Source of the DNA: Vicugna vicugna
Lineage: Eukaryota
DNA: 64,000 nt
Assembly (NCBI GenBank): GCA_013265495.1
Contig: MU062356.1
Coordinates: 6,854,310-6,918,309, forward strand
Direction of reading: 5' to 3'
Shown: positions 51,576 through 62,907 of the stretch, piece by piece
Layout of the letters: every line of letters starts with the position of its first letter
Numbering within the stretch: the first letter of the stretch is position 1
Translations under genes and position numbers: made by a program
The notes under the pieces: generated by a model
The model's database searches: none
What the model was told of the DNA's origin: nothing
What the model saw: only the letters and a program-made list of their open reading frames with translations

Positions 51576-51974
51576 TGAACCAATGCAGACAGAGGGAAGT
51601 ATTTCTTAGCAAGGGGATTTTACCCTTATGTACAATTACCATTAGTGCTTACCACTCCCTGACTTGAGACAATGAGACTTCTGACACTTTCACTGCCAAA
51701 TTCTGGATAGTCAATGACAGGACCATGCTACCAAATACAACATTAAAAGATGAGTTTTAAAAAACTCTCACCGGAACTTCTAGTTCTCTGGGTACCAACT
51801 CTCTGCCTCTTGTTCAAAGGCTTAGAGTGATTGCAAGCTTGTACATTTCCGCCTGCTCCCAAAGAGGAATCACAGTGTGTTATTCACACACCTAGCATCC
51901 AGTTCTTCCTTAAAGTGATCATCACAACTGCCGTGAATTAATGATTTGTTTTGCTATTGGCTCAGTGCTTACCT

Positions 51975-52070
51975 CCGTCTCTGTATTTCTGGTTCCCAGC
52001 CTGGTGCCTGGCACACACACAGGCTCAAGAAATATTCGTTGAACAAATGAGTGAACAAATAAATAAATGA
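51975..52070 (+). mobile_element. L2 3' tail
   Basis: cccagcctggtgcctggcac...aaatattcgttgaacaaatgagtgaa. Confidence 0.75.
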
Positions 52071-54384
52071 CTAAAGCCAAAAGCATCTTCCTAAGTTCAC
52101 CCAAGTCAACTTTTTTCCCTCTAGTAGTTTTTATCCTATGGAAATGGGAGCAACATATGGAATTTTTACCCAGCGCTCTTCCTTGGCAATTCATCAAGGG
52201 ATTTGCCTGCTCACCAGCAGATTCACATGCTTGCTTTGTTTAAAAGGGATTTCAGCGTGTTACACAGGGGATTTTTTCCTAAGGATGCGATTATTCCCGG
52301 CTTGATCCTGCTGCTGTGATACAGCCACGTTTGGCACAGAGCTCACGTGGCATGGGATGAGGCTGTGCTCATTGTGTGAAGTGACCTGGACACGCTGCTG
52401 CACTGAGTAGAGCGGGGTGTTGTGGGATCGCTTTACAAAGCCAACAGCTGCAGCCGTTACTCCAACAGTTATGTCATAATTTGGTATGTGCGACACCTCT
52501 GCGCGACGCCCACAACGAAAACATTTATTCTTCTCGTCTGTCAATATATTTGTGCCTCTCATCTCTCTCTTTCTCTTGTTTCCTCTTTTTTTTTCTCTTT
52601 TTTGCTGCTTTTCACAAGTGACAGAATGCTTCCCAATTCCCAAACAATTGGCTTCTCCACAGAAAGATTCTTAAGGCAGCTGCTTTCTTAGAGCGCATTT
52701 TTGAATGATTATACATATGTGTGTATATATATATATATTTCTTAATAAGGAGCAGGCTTTTTGAAATGCAGGGCCATGTTCAAAGCATATAATGATATTC
52801 AGTTAACCAAATATTGGGCTCCACCTCAGTGATGGGGGGTGGAGCTCAAACCTGACTCTTGAGGAAACCAAGACTTTCAAGGGATTATCTGGTTGGAAAG
52901 ACACTAAATCCTTAAAACAAGCCAGAGGAGGACACTTTTGGTAATGCACTCATTCCTCCCCCACCCCCAGATGATACAGGATCTGAGATGGTGTGAGATA
53001 ATCCCCCAATTAGGTTCTGGAGGAAACTGAGCTGAAATGGTTTCTCTGAAGTCACACAGTTAATCAACAGTAGAGAGGGATTAAGCTCAAGGTTGCTGGA
53101 TCACAGCCATGTGCATATCATGCCTCTTTTAAGCCACTGTCTGTAAGCCAACTTGACAATCATCGGTGTGACCAGGGTTGAAACATGAGGCTTAGATGCC
53201 TGAGTAAGGCATGACATGAGTGAAAGGCCGAAGGCAACACTGGTGCGCTCAGCAAGTTCTCCTGACAACTCCATGTCTTACCTGAGAAATGTGACACTCT
53301 GGCCCTGGGGGCTGTGTGCCTCCCTCCTTTTACAGGACCAGAAAGTTTTCATGGCTTGCCTTGAACCTGGACAGCAGGCTTTTCCTAATATGAGTCCCTC
53401 CAGCTGCCAGAATGTGGGCAGCGGCAGGTAGGACCAGTCATTCAGCTAAGCTGAAGGACTGGGCGGATACCCATGAGGAGGGGGTGGGGGTCAGAGAGGT
53501 CAGCTAAAGCAGTGAAGAGGTGGAGGAGGATCAGATGAAGACAACAGTGTTTATGGAGTTTCCACCATGCACCACGTGTGATGACAGAGTTTCCTATTCT
53601 CCGTTTATTAATGAGACAATGAGACTTTGAGAGGTTGCTTGGCATGCCTGATTTCCAGTAAAAGCAGCAAAGCTCTAAACGTCAGTTGGTCGAATTCCAA
53701 TGTTCCTGACCATGGCAGCACTCAGGGCTGTGCCAGTTCTGTCCTGGTGCAGAGGTGCCAGGCAGCAGAGGTGAGTGGAGATGAAATCCAGCTAGGACCC
53801 CTCTGACCACCATCTGGAGACAGAGGCACCTTTTGCTGACAGCAGCCCCTCTATGACTCTTCACTTCATCCTGCTATCCCCACGGACTGAGCATCCAAAG
53901 GGTGGGGACCAGTGGTCCAAAAGCTTACAGTGGACAAGAATAGCCCCAGAGAACAGAATGTGCTGAGACTCCAGGTGGGGTTTTAAGTTGTTGCCTCTAT
54001 ACGTGCCTGTTTCCTGCTGGGTGTAGGTGGCCTGGGACTGCTAGGTGTGGGTCATAGTTGGAGAAGACCCAAACCTTTCAGGTAAATCCTGGTCCTGATG
54101 GAACCAAGAATGCACATGCCCAAATTTCCTGGAGAATGTTTTTGCTGAGTTCTGTTTGTCTATTGCCTTTAAATTGGAAGTATTAGGTGAAATCTGAGGC
54201 TGAGAGAAGTAGGCAGCGAGGAGGCAACTGAAATTGGTAGAAGCAGCAAAGGAAGGCTGTCTAGACTTCCAGGTCTGAGATGAATAGGAACAGAAGAGCA
54301 CGTGTGAAAAAATGATGGAGTATTCACCCCGGGGGGACCAGGTCAAATCATCTGTAAGAAATGAGGATTTATTTGTATCCAAGG

Positions 54385-54900
54385 TCTAATTCAGGCTTGA
54401 CTCTAAGAATATGCCAGTTCAGAGGGAGGGTATAGCTCAGTGGTAGAGTGCATGCTTAGCATGCACAAGGTTCTGGGGATTGAACCCATTAAAAATATGA
54501 CAATTTCAGTCAGACTGGCTTAAATACTAGGGAAATTTATTATTTCATACAAAAGGACGTTCAGAAGCAGGAAAGGCTTCTGGGTTTATTGATTCGACAG
54601 CTCAGAATTTTTCAGACCTAAGTTCTTTTTGGTTTTTCTCTTTGCTGTCGATGGTCTCAGCTTTATCCTAAAGCTGGTTCCCCACATGGTCACATGACAG
54701 CTGCCAGCAGCCACTGATACAGCCTACTTTTGTGTTTATTTCTACTTGGATAAGATAGATGGACTTTTTATTCCCAGTAACCCCAAGCAAGCTTCTCCGT
54801 ACATCTCATTGGCTTAAACTGAATTAGTTCTATGCATCCCTGGCAAGAGGTATGGAACCACCTGGCTTGGCTTAGACTAATTATCTGGGGTACAATGATC
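54385..54900 (-). mobile_element. MLT1J/K/L-type solo LTR interrupted by a SINE
   Basis: gactggcttaaatactagggaaatttattatttcatac; gacagctgccagcagc; catctcattggcttaaactg. Confidence 0.6.
54423..54490 (+). mobile_element. 3'-truncated Vic-1-like SINE
   Basis: agggagggtatagctcagtggtagagtgcatgcttagcatgcacaagg; imperfect TSD aagaatatgccagttcag (54405-54422) / aaaaatatgacaatttcag (54491-54509). Confidence 0.85.
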
Positions 54901-54963
54901 TTTGGGAATTCTCCCAGTTCTTCTCTAAAATGTCACTACAACCTGAAACCCCCACTTGTAAGC

Positions 54964-55475
54964 ATATCAGTCAGGGTTCAGTCAGAGAAGCAGAACTGCT
55001 ATGAGTGGCACAGAATCAAGAATTTATTACAGGGATTAGATGGTATTCAATGGTGGGAGCTGGTGAAGCCGTTTGTGCAGGATGCTGCCTCCATGTCTAG
55101 TGTTGAGCCCAAAGTCATGATAATTCCGCTAGGCTAGCAACTGCGAAGGAAGCTGGTGCTCTTTGACTCAGGACTCAGCTAAAGGAGATCTGGCAGGCGC
55201 TGGAGGAGCCGTGGGTCTAAGTGCCACCTGTGCCAACAAGGTGAGCCAGCAGATTAGCGACAATGTGCACAGGGTGTCGCAGTGCTTGGCACTCTGCACC
55301 GAAATTCAGAGCTTTACCAAACAGCTAAGGCTTCACACTACCTCTCAGATCTCATGCAAAGTGTCTCTTGTAGTCACTGCTAACCTGGAAACATACATGG
55401 AGAGGAATTCTGGGAGTGGGGGAGGAATTCACTCCCAGCTTAACTAAATTGATAGAGGATGGAGCAACCACAATA
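54964..55475 (-). mobile_element. ERVL solo LTR (LTR33/40/41/50 class)
   Basis: tcagtcagggttcagtcagagaagcagaac at the left end; ggaattctggga...cccagcttaactaaattgat at the right end, the antisense of the ERVL LTR start. Confidence 0.6.
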
Positions 55476-55489
55476 AGAATAATCTAGTA

Positions 55490-55703
55490 CAATGATTCTC
55501 AGTCAGGGGTTATTTTACCTCCAGGGGACACTAGGCAATGTCTGAAGATGTTTTTTTGGCTGCCCCAACAAGGAAGAAGCTGCTGCCTCTAGTGGGTAGA
55601 AATCAGGGATGCTGCTAACTATAGTACCATGCACAGGACAGCCCCCCACAACAGAGAATTATCTTGTCCAAAATATCAGTACTGCTCAGGTTGAAAAACC
55701 CTG
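55490..55703 (+). mobile_element. MER20 hAT-Charlie MITE
   Basis: ccaggggacactaggcaatgtctgaaga; ctagtgggtagaaatcagggatgctgctaa; catgcacaggacagccccccacaac; ggttgaaaaaccctg. Confidence 0.9.
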
Positions 55704-56959
55704 ATCTGGGGTGACCACCAGTGGTAAACAAATCATATTCAAACTCTGTCTCCATTTCAAGTTCATAGAGCAGGGAGAACCAGAGCTTAGGTTTATCTGG
55801 TGGTGGGAGTCAGTGGTATATGTCTGCATTTGAGAATACAGTACCTGCTCAGGACAGCTGGCCCCTGTCTCACACAGCTATGGTAAGAAGGCCCTTAACT
55901 TTGAGAAAAAAAAAAGGTAACAAAGTTTTCACCCCCAATTTGACTTGAAGTCCATAAAGAATGTGTCATCCCTTACACTTCTCTGACTTCTCCCTGCCCC
56001 AGTAGTGATTTGTATCCAGGTTGTTGTCTGTTGTTTCTTGACAGATCTTGCTAGGGTATGGGGCTCAACCAGCCTTTTATATCCAACCACTCTTAAGCAT
56101 ACACAAAGTCCATTTGTAGACAGAAATTGTACACTCTATCAGCAGATGGGCTCTCAAGCCTCTTGGGACATGGTTTGCAGGTGCAACAGGGATGCTTTTT
56201 TTAAGGAGGACTTTTATCATGTTGAAAAAGTGGTTGGAATGCCAGCATTGATGTTTCCAATTAAATTCTCGGGGAAGTTCTTCCTGACAATTTAATGACA
56301 CTGTTTGTGGCAGATGTCACTTAATCGATGAGATGGAAGCTGTTGGAGAGAAACCTAAGTCAAGGAGGGTAGTGTGTTTGTTCAAAGCTTCCATTTTCTA
56401 TTAGATTGTTGGCACTTCCCAGAAATCCCATGGTATGGATTCAGTAAAAGCCCAGAAAGCAGCAAGAAATATGAAAAAACGGGAAGAGACACTGATTGAT
56501 GGCAAGTTGCTTACAGCTCTGATGCCGTAACTCACTGGCACTTTCATTACTGTATCGGGAAAATACCAGAGAGATAGATGGTCGCCAATCCTGGTTGGAC
56601 TGCCACTATTGCTTGTTTCATCCTAAGGATGTGGGGTTCTGGCCAGACATAGGGGGTGTAAGGAAGAGATTAGTGAGAAAACTTTGATATCCCTTACCTT
56701 CCCAATCTCCAGGTGACTGTGGATGTCTATTCTGGGACACTTTAAAGCTAAGGAAATGTGAATATATATGCATAATATAAACTATAATGGATGCATAATC
56801 CAAAGGATGCCTGTGGAATTGGACAGGTGACTGAGGCACTGATTAACTGTGTCTCCATGAACTGTGTTTTTCAGGCATTGGATTAGCCTCCTTTTTATTC
56901 CTCTTAATTATCTCTTTGAAATTCTTCTTGATTCTCCTGAATCAGAACACTTGTACAGG

Positions 56960-57330
56960 GAAGTAGAAAAATGGATCCAAAATGAAAAGAGATTTATTGG
57001 CCACAGGTACATAGACATCAGATACAATTCTATCAAGACTCCAGCTCTACTTCTTGGTCATTTTTTCCCTAAGGTGGCTTCTCTCCTCGTGGTCACAGGA
57101 TGGCTGCTCTCAGCAACTGCTCTATGTGTTCTTCTTCATGTCCAAGTACTGTGAGCACAATACTTCCCACAGTTATTCAACAAATGTCCTAGTTTCTGAT
57201 CCAACTGCACTCACCTGTACCACTTACTGTGGTTAGGGAAATGCCATGCTCTGGATGGACTAGGCTGGGGTTACTGATCATGCTTAATCCACCGTGGTTA
57301 GAGAGATGATGTCATCTTGACTGACTGACA
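56960..57330 (-). mobile_element. Old MLT1 (J-L) LTR fragment
   Basis: gtggtcacaggatggctgctctcagcaact; cttactgtggttagggaaatgccatgctctg. Confidence 0.5.
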
Positions 57331-57829
57331 CTCCCAACCCCAATTCACACAGCCCTTAGACAGTGGGAAGGACTGATTTTACAAGACAAATCTGGCTGTT
57401 TGGGGGAACTGAGAACATGGAGACTGTATGCTGGGGATGGAAACAGCAAATGACTCCTCTATCCCTCCAAATTGGTAGATAGATGCAGGAAAGGTTCTTG
57501 TTTTGACATTACTTCCCACCCAAACTGTGTCTCTCAGGGCACTAAACTGTCAGGGGATATTATTAAGAGGTGAAACAAGAAAAAATGATGTTTTATGATC
57601 AAATTGAGTTTAGGTAATTATTTGCTGCTGCTGCTACTAATTTGCATTGTGAATCTGAGAGAAAGAAAGAGAACAAGAAAGGTGTTTTCTAAACTTATTT
57701 CACCAGGGAACCCTTGCTTTAAAGAATTCTTACTACGTGTTTTGAAACATGGTTTGGGAAATGTTACACCCTATTGCTTCCTTTGATTTAAAGTAATTCC
57801 CCTTCAGGTTTCTAGGCTAATAAAGCTTT

Positions 57830-58880
57830 AATAATCCTTTCTGATTATAAAGATGAAGCATACTCACTTTAAAAATAAAAAGAGAAAGGCATAAAGAGAA
57901 ATATAAAAATCAGTAATAGTATTTCTACCCAGAAGTAACTATGATTAATATTTTAGTCTATGCCCTTTCTCTTCTGTCACATACACTCTATCTCCCTATA
58001 CATCCAAATATTTAGCCCAAAACTTGAATAATATTTTACATACTGTTTTGTAACTTGCTCATGTAAGAGTTTTCCCATGTCAATAGATAAAAATGTATGT
58101 TTCATTATTAATGGTCAGATGATATATAATTAATAAGAACCATATTTATTGGACCAATTCCTAGTGACTGAAATTTAAGATTTCTCTCAAAAATGTATTA
58201 GAAATACTCTCTGCTGAATACAAGCACACTTCATTTTACTGCACTTCGCAGATACTGTGTGTTTTTATACATTGAAGGGTTGTGGCAGCCCTGGGTCGGG
58301 CAGCTCTATTGGTGCTATTTTCCCAACAGCATTTGCTTACTTCCAGTCTCTGTGTCACACTTTGATAACTGTCCCAATATTTCAAACTTTTTCATCATGA
58401 TTATATTTGTTACGGTGACCTGTAATCAGTGATCTTTGATGCTACTATTACAAAGAGCTTAACAACATGCTGAAGGCTCAGATGAGGGTTAGCATTTTTT
58501 TAGCAATGAAGTATTTATCAATTAAGGTATATACCTTAATTTATCAACGAAAGTATATCAAATAAAGTATATAAAAATGTTTTTTAGACATAATGCTACT
58601 GCACAATGGATAGACTGCCATATGGTATAAACATAACTTACACGCACTGGGAAGCCAAAAAATTTGTGTGACTCCCTGTGCTACAGAGATCTGGAGCCCA
58701 GTCCTCAGTATCTCTGAGGCATGCTGATACCCTTGGTACACAAATCTTTGCGTTATTGAACACCTGAATATTGCTTTCCTTAGGCTAAATTTCTATAAGA
58801 CTGACTGGGTCAAAGGGCATTCATATTTTAAGGCCTTGGATGTTCATTTTGGAGCTAACATTTCATTAGCAATATTAAAT
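57830..58880 (-). mobile_element. L1ME-type 3' fragment interrupted by Tigger1
   Basis: cccagaagtaactatgattaatattttag; tacatactgttttgtaacttgc; resumes at ttttccttaggctaaatttctataagactg. Confidence 0.55.
58221..58726 (+). mobile_element. Internally deleted Tigger1 (Tigger1a_Art-like) DNA transposon
   Basis: Preceded by TA; the 5' end caagcacacttcattttactgcacttcgcagata joins directly to the 3' end gctgaaggctcagatgagggttagc...atctctgaggcatgctg. Confidence 0.85.
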
Positions 58881-59774
58881 GTTTAATCCTGGGGGAGGGG
58901 TTGTACATGAATGGCAACCATGGGTTTTACTGGATACAAGCGGCCCCATTCTGTGCTTTTTTCCCCGAGAGCAAGTGTGCCTGCTAGCAGTAAATATTAA
59001 ACAAAACCTCAGTTCTGCAATCTGGCACTCAATTGTTCATTTCTTCAACATAGCAGAAAAAAACCCCCAAAAACCTGGTTTTGATAGTGTAACAAACACG
59101 TTGATGTACTGAAGTACTACCACCGACATATTTAATTTCTGTGAAAATAATTGGGTCTGCAGGAATAATTATAGCTATCAAATTGTTTCTTCCAAAAAAG
59201 AAAAGAAAGGGGGTTTAAACCATTCACTATCAGAGTCATAGCTCTTTTGATCCTCAGGAAAAAAAGCAAGAAACTTGCCCTCAAGTGGGAGGGTGGGCAG
59301 AGAGGGAGAAAGGAAAGGGTAGGCCTTACAGCTCCAACTTCCTGCAACACACAAAGGGTTGGCAGCCTCTCAGGCTCATTCATCTGTCAGCTGCCACAAC
59401 TCTTGGCCTCAGATTGAGGGCTCAGGGGACACAGGTGGGGGCAACTGCTGAGAGAGGGGGCTTAAAATTTCGTGCTTTCTGCATTGCAAGGGCAAAAGCC
59501 CTGGGGCCGTTGGTTATAAAGCTGGTTAACGTGCTTTCCTACTGTCTTTTATTTAATCATTTATTTAATCATCAAAATTCCCCCATGAAGTTTGTGCCAT
59601 TATATCCATTCGACTGATGAGGAAATAAGGATCAGAGAGATGAGAGGCAGAAGTGATTTGCAGTCATCATATAAATTATAACAGAGCCAGAAACGGAGTT
59701 TGAACTCTGACACTGCAAGGTGTGTAAGTTTCAGGTAACCCACCACTCTGTATTATTTTTCCTATTATTCATTA

Positions 59775-60420
59775 ATGACTCCTATTTACCAAGTGTTTTC
59801 AACACAAATAATCAAATGTATTTAATCGTCGACAAAAATCCTCTGATACAGATGTTACCATCTGTGTCAGTCTGCTAGGGTTGCCATAATAAAGTTCCAC
59901 AAACTGAGTGGCTTAAACAACAGAAATTTATCGTCTCATTGTTCTGGAGGCTAGCCATCCAAGGTCAAGGTGCCGGCAGGGCTCTGCTCCCTCTGAAGGC
60001 TCCAGGGAAGGATCTGCTCCAGGCCTCTCACTTATTACCTTTTAGTACCACCTTCGGGTATTTTCAACTTGCGATTCCATAAGTCGGCAAGTGGCATTCT
60101 CCTTGTGTGTGTGTGTCTCCAAATTTCTCTTTTATAATGACACCAATCACACTGGATTATGGGCCCATGCTACTTTAGTATGAACCCATCTTAACTAATT
60201 ACATCTTCAATGACCCTATTTCAAAGTTTATATTCTGAGGTGTTAGGGGTTAGGCCTTCGACATATGAATTTGGGGGAAGGCAATTCGGTCCTGATCATA
60301 CCACCTCCATTTTTCACACGGCAGTACTGATTGATGTAAGGCTGCTAAGCATGTAAATATCGAGGACAGGATTTGAAGCCAGCTTTTCTGACCAGGAGCC
60401 CACAGTTTTCTCCTATGATG
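59775..60420 (-). mobile_element. MIR interrupted by MLT1A
   Basis: caaatgtatttaatc...cagatgttacc on the left; caggatttgaagccagc...ccaggagccca on the right. Confidence 0.55.
59863..60300 (-). mobile_element. MLT1A/A0-type solo LTR
   Basis: tgtgtcagtctgctagggttgccataataaagttccacaaactg...acatatgaatttggggga; near-TSD ccatc/ccacc. Confidence 0.85.
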
Positions 60421-61319
60421 GTGCCTCAACTCCCAAATAAATATGGATTAGATCAGAGCCAATGTGACTGAGGCATAAGCAATTTTCATGCAAATTGTAT
60501 ATTAGGAATGCAAATTAAATGTAATTACAAAGATGATTTAATCCCAGGCCAGCCTACTTGATGGACTTAAAAGGGCATGTGCAAGTCAGGAGAGTCTCGT
60601 TGTAGAGAAGATAGGACTTTGAGACATGCGAGGCTCCTAAGCAGGGAGATTAGATGATTGGAAGCTGGAAAGAGAATAAACTGTCTCTTTAGCCAAATGA
60701 TAGGAGCTGAAGAAGAGAACACCGGGCACAGGATGCTAGGTGGGGCCAGAGAACACGCACCCACAGGCTGAGAATCCCGAGATGGACTACACTCCTGTGA
60801 GGTTCATGGCCCACCTGGGCCTTGCAAAAAAGCAAGGCTAAATCATTCCAAGAGAGGCCCTAATCATGTAAGCCGGTTCCTGGAATGCTAGAGGCAGAGT
60901 GACCCTTGCCCTGGATTGCTCGGGACTGAGGGGTAGCCCAGAATGGGACTTTCAGCGCTAAAATGCAGACGGTCCCAGGCAAATCAGAATGGTTACCACT
61001 TACCAGGGGGTCAAACACGGAAGTCAGCTAAGAATCGGATTCATTAGCAAGGGGGGCCTCTGGGTTTAAGTGCCACGCCAGTGAGTGAATAATTTGCCAC
61101 GGGAATCCTTCCGCTTCTGGGGCAAATGAAGATGTTGTCAGACACCCCATCCCACCTCCCCAGTACACAGCTGTGGCCCCCTGGAAACTCACGGTGCAGG
61201 TGTGCTCTGCTTTCTTGCTAGCAGAGTTAAGAGGCGTTAGGGGATGTGGGAGTCACTGAAGGTGACATTCACATGCAGGCGTTGGTCCTTTATCGGTAAC
61301 TGAAATATAGCACAGGACA

Positions 61320-61322
<3 letters not shown>

Positions 61323-61362
<40 letters not shown>
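61323..61362. repeat. (AC)20 microsatellite
   Basis: Perfect AC run. Confidence 0.95.
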
Positions 61363-61364
<2 letters not shown>

Positions 61365-61499
61365 CTTCCTATGTCCCTTTCCACAGGCACTTCCCTGTTT
61401 CCCCACAAGCACGCAGAGCAAAGACGGTGGATAGGATTTTTGGCTGTACTTTGGCTCAGTAAATCTACCTGATAGCTATATTTTTGGCAACCAAAAGGA

Positions 61500-61880
61500 G
61501 CTGGGGAAGGAAGCCGGGGTGGCTTGAGGTGACGTGCGGGCGGAACCTCGGCGCACCGCAGCCTGGAGGGGCCTCAGCCCTCTGCTCCGCGCTCTTCCCC
61601 GGGGGGAGGCGGGGAGGGTTCCAGATTGTTAACCAGCGGCAGCTGGCAGCTTTATTGTTTTTTAATTAAATAACCCCCAGCCACATGAGCACACACCAAC
61701 ACCCCACCCCTCCTCCTCATGGAACCTCATTAAGCAGGAGGACTATAATTAAGCCCGGAATCCACGGCTGACACTCCTCCCCGCCGTCTACCGCTCCTGC
61801 GCCGGCTGCGGGCGCAAGGCCACGCTCTCCCCCGCGTTTCACGGGCAGAGGGCGAGGACCCGGGCGAGGCCATCTTTGTC
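61500..61880 (+). promoter_or_regulatory. CpG-rich promoter with TATA-like box
   Basis: Densest CpG of the window; TGACGTG 61530-61536, GC boxes 61538-61543 and 61606-61614, TATAATTA 61744-61751 about 29 nt upstream of a CA at 61772-61773, YY1-type GCCATCTT 61869-61876. Confidence 0.65.
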
Positions 61881-62010
61881 TGTCCCTTAATGGGCTGCTT
61901 CCTCCAGGGCAACCAGATGTGCCGCTTGTCCTTAACCACCTCCACCGTGGAGGGGTGCCCATCAAGTAAAGCAAGACATCTGCCCAGAAGGGCCAGCTTA
62001 CCCCCAACAG
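61773..62010 (+). other. Putative first exon of an unidentified gene (5' UTR, possibly a short coding start)
   Basis: Downstream of the TATA box; ends at consensus donor CAG|GTGAGG (GT at 62011-62012); ATGs at 61890 and 61917 in weak Kozak context. Confidence 0.45.
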
Positions 62011-62907
62011 GTGAGGACTTTGATTCCGAGAGCGAGGGAATTTTCCAGACGTTATGTTGCTGTGCATTTGGGCCCATTACGTCAGGAATATTTCCACATG
62101 ATTGGAGGCTGATGGCCATCAGGGTTTTTAACTTACGCCTATTTATGTCTTCCGAGGGCCTGTGGCTACGGAGGAGGCTGTTTTTCGAAGCCTGCCTGCC
62201 CCTCCTTCTCTTCTGCCTTCCTCAGTGAGTGGGCCTCACCCTGTAGCTTAGCCCTTCCCGGCTCTCTTTTGACCTCTTGGTTTGCCATCCTCCTGTTTCT
62301 GAAACCTCTCACTCCTGCTTCTAACTGCACAGCCTGTTAGTATGTGGTGGCTCTTGTCCTCGATACCAGGAAACCAGTTCCTTAAGGTAGGAGCAGACCC
62401 CTTCAAAATTCTGAGACATGGAAGAGGGGTGGGGGAGGAAATGGACACAGCAAGGCAGAGCTCTTTTCAGTTGTAATCTCTTGTGGAAAGCTTAATTCCT
62501 CTCCCCATGCCCAGCTCGGGCAACGTGCTGGTAATGTTACTTCCTGCAAGGCCCCCAAACTCAGCGAAAACGAATTTATCATTTACATCATTTCTCTTTG
62601 TAGCTCTGACAATTCGTATTACCCCAGAACCTGACATCTCCACTTTCCTCCAATTGATAAAGAATCTCTTTCTGATTTCTGTAACTCAGAAACATCATAA
62701 GCCCAGCACACAAAGGAAGATGCATTGGTCGTTTATTTCACATGTGAGCTCCTTGAAAAATTGAGTTTGCGTCACCGTTTGGGCATTAATTCCTGACACA
62801 CCACTTATCAGATTTTGATTGTTTTCAAGAGAACACCATATTTTAACTCTGGGAATAATTTAACTGATCAAATACACAGCATCTGGTTGTTATGGTAACC
62901 GAAGTTC

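Noticed and set aside
52260-52643. 127-aa ORF with CFRCGR resembling a zinc knuckle
   Set aside because: It lacks the His and last Cys of CCHC; the N-terminal part comes from a low-complexity pyrimidine tract.
15564-54490. Functional tRNA genes at 15564 and 54423
   Set aside because: A/B boxes are present, but the cloverleaf is incomplete and TSDs and tails show these are SINE insertions.
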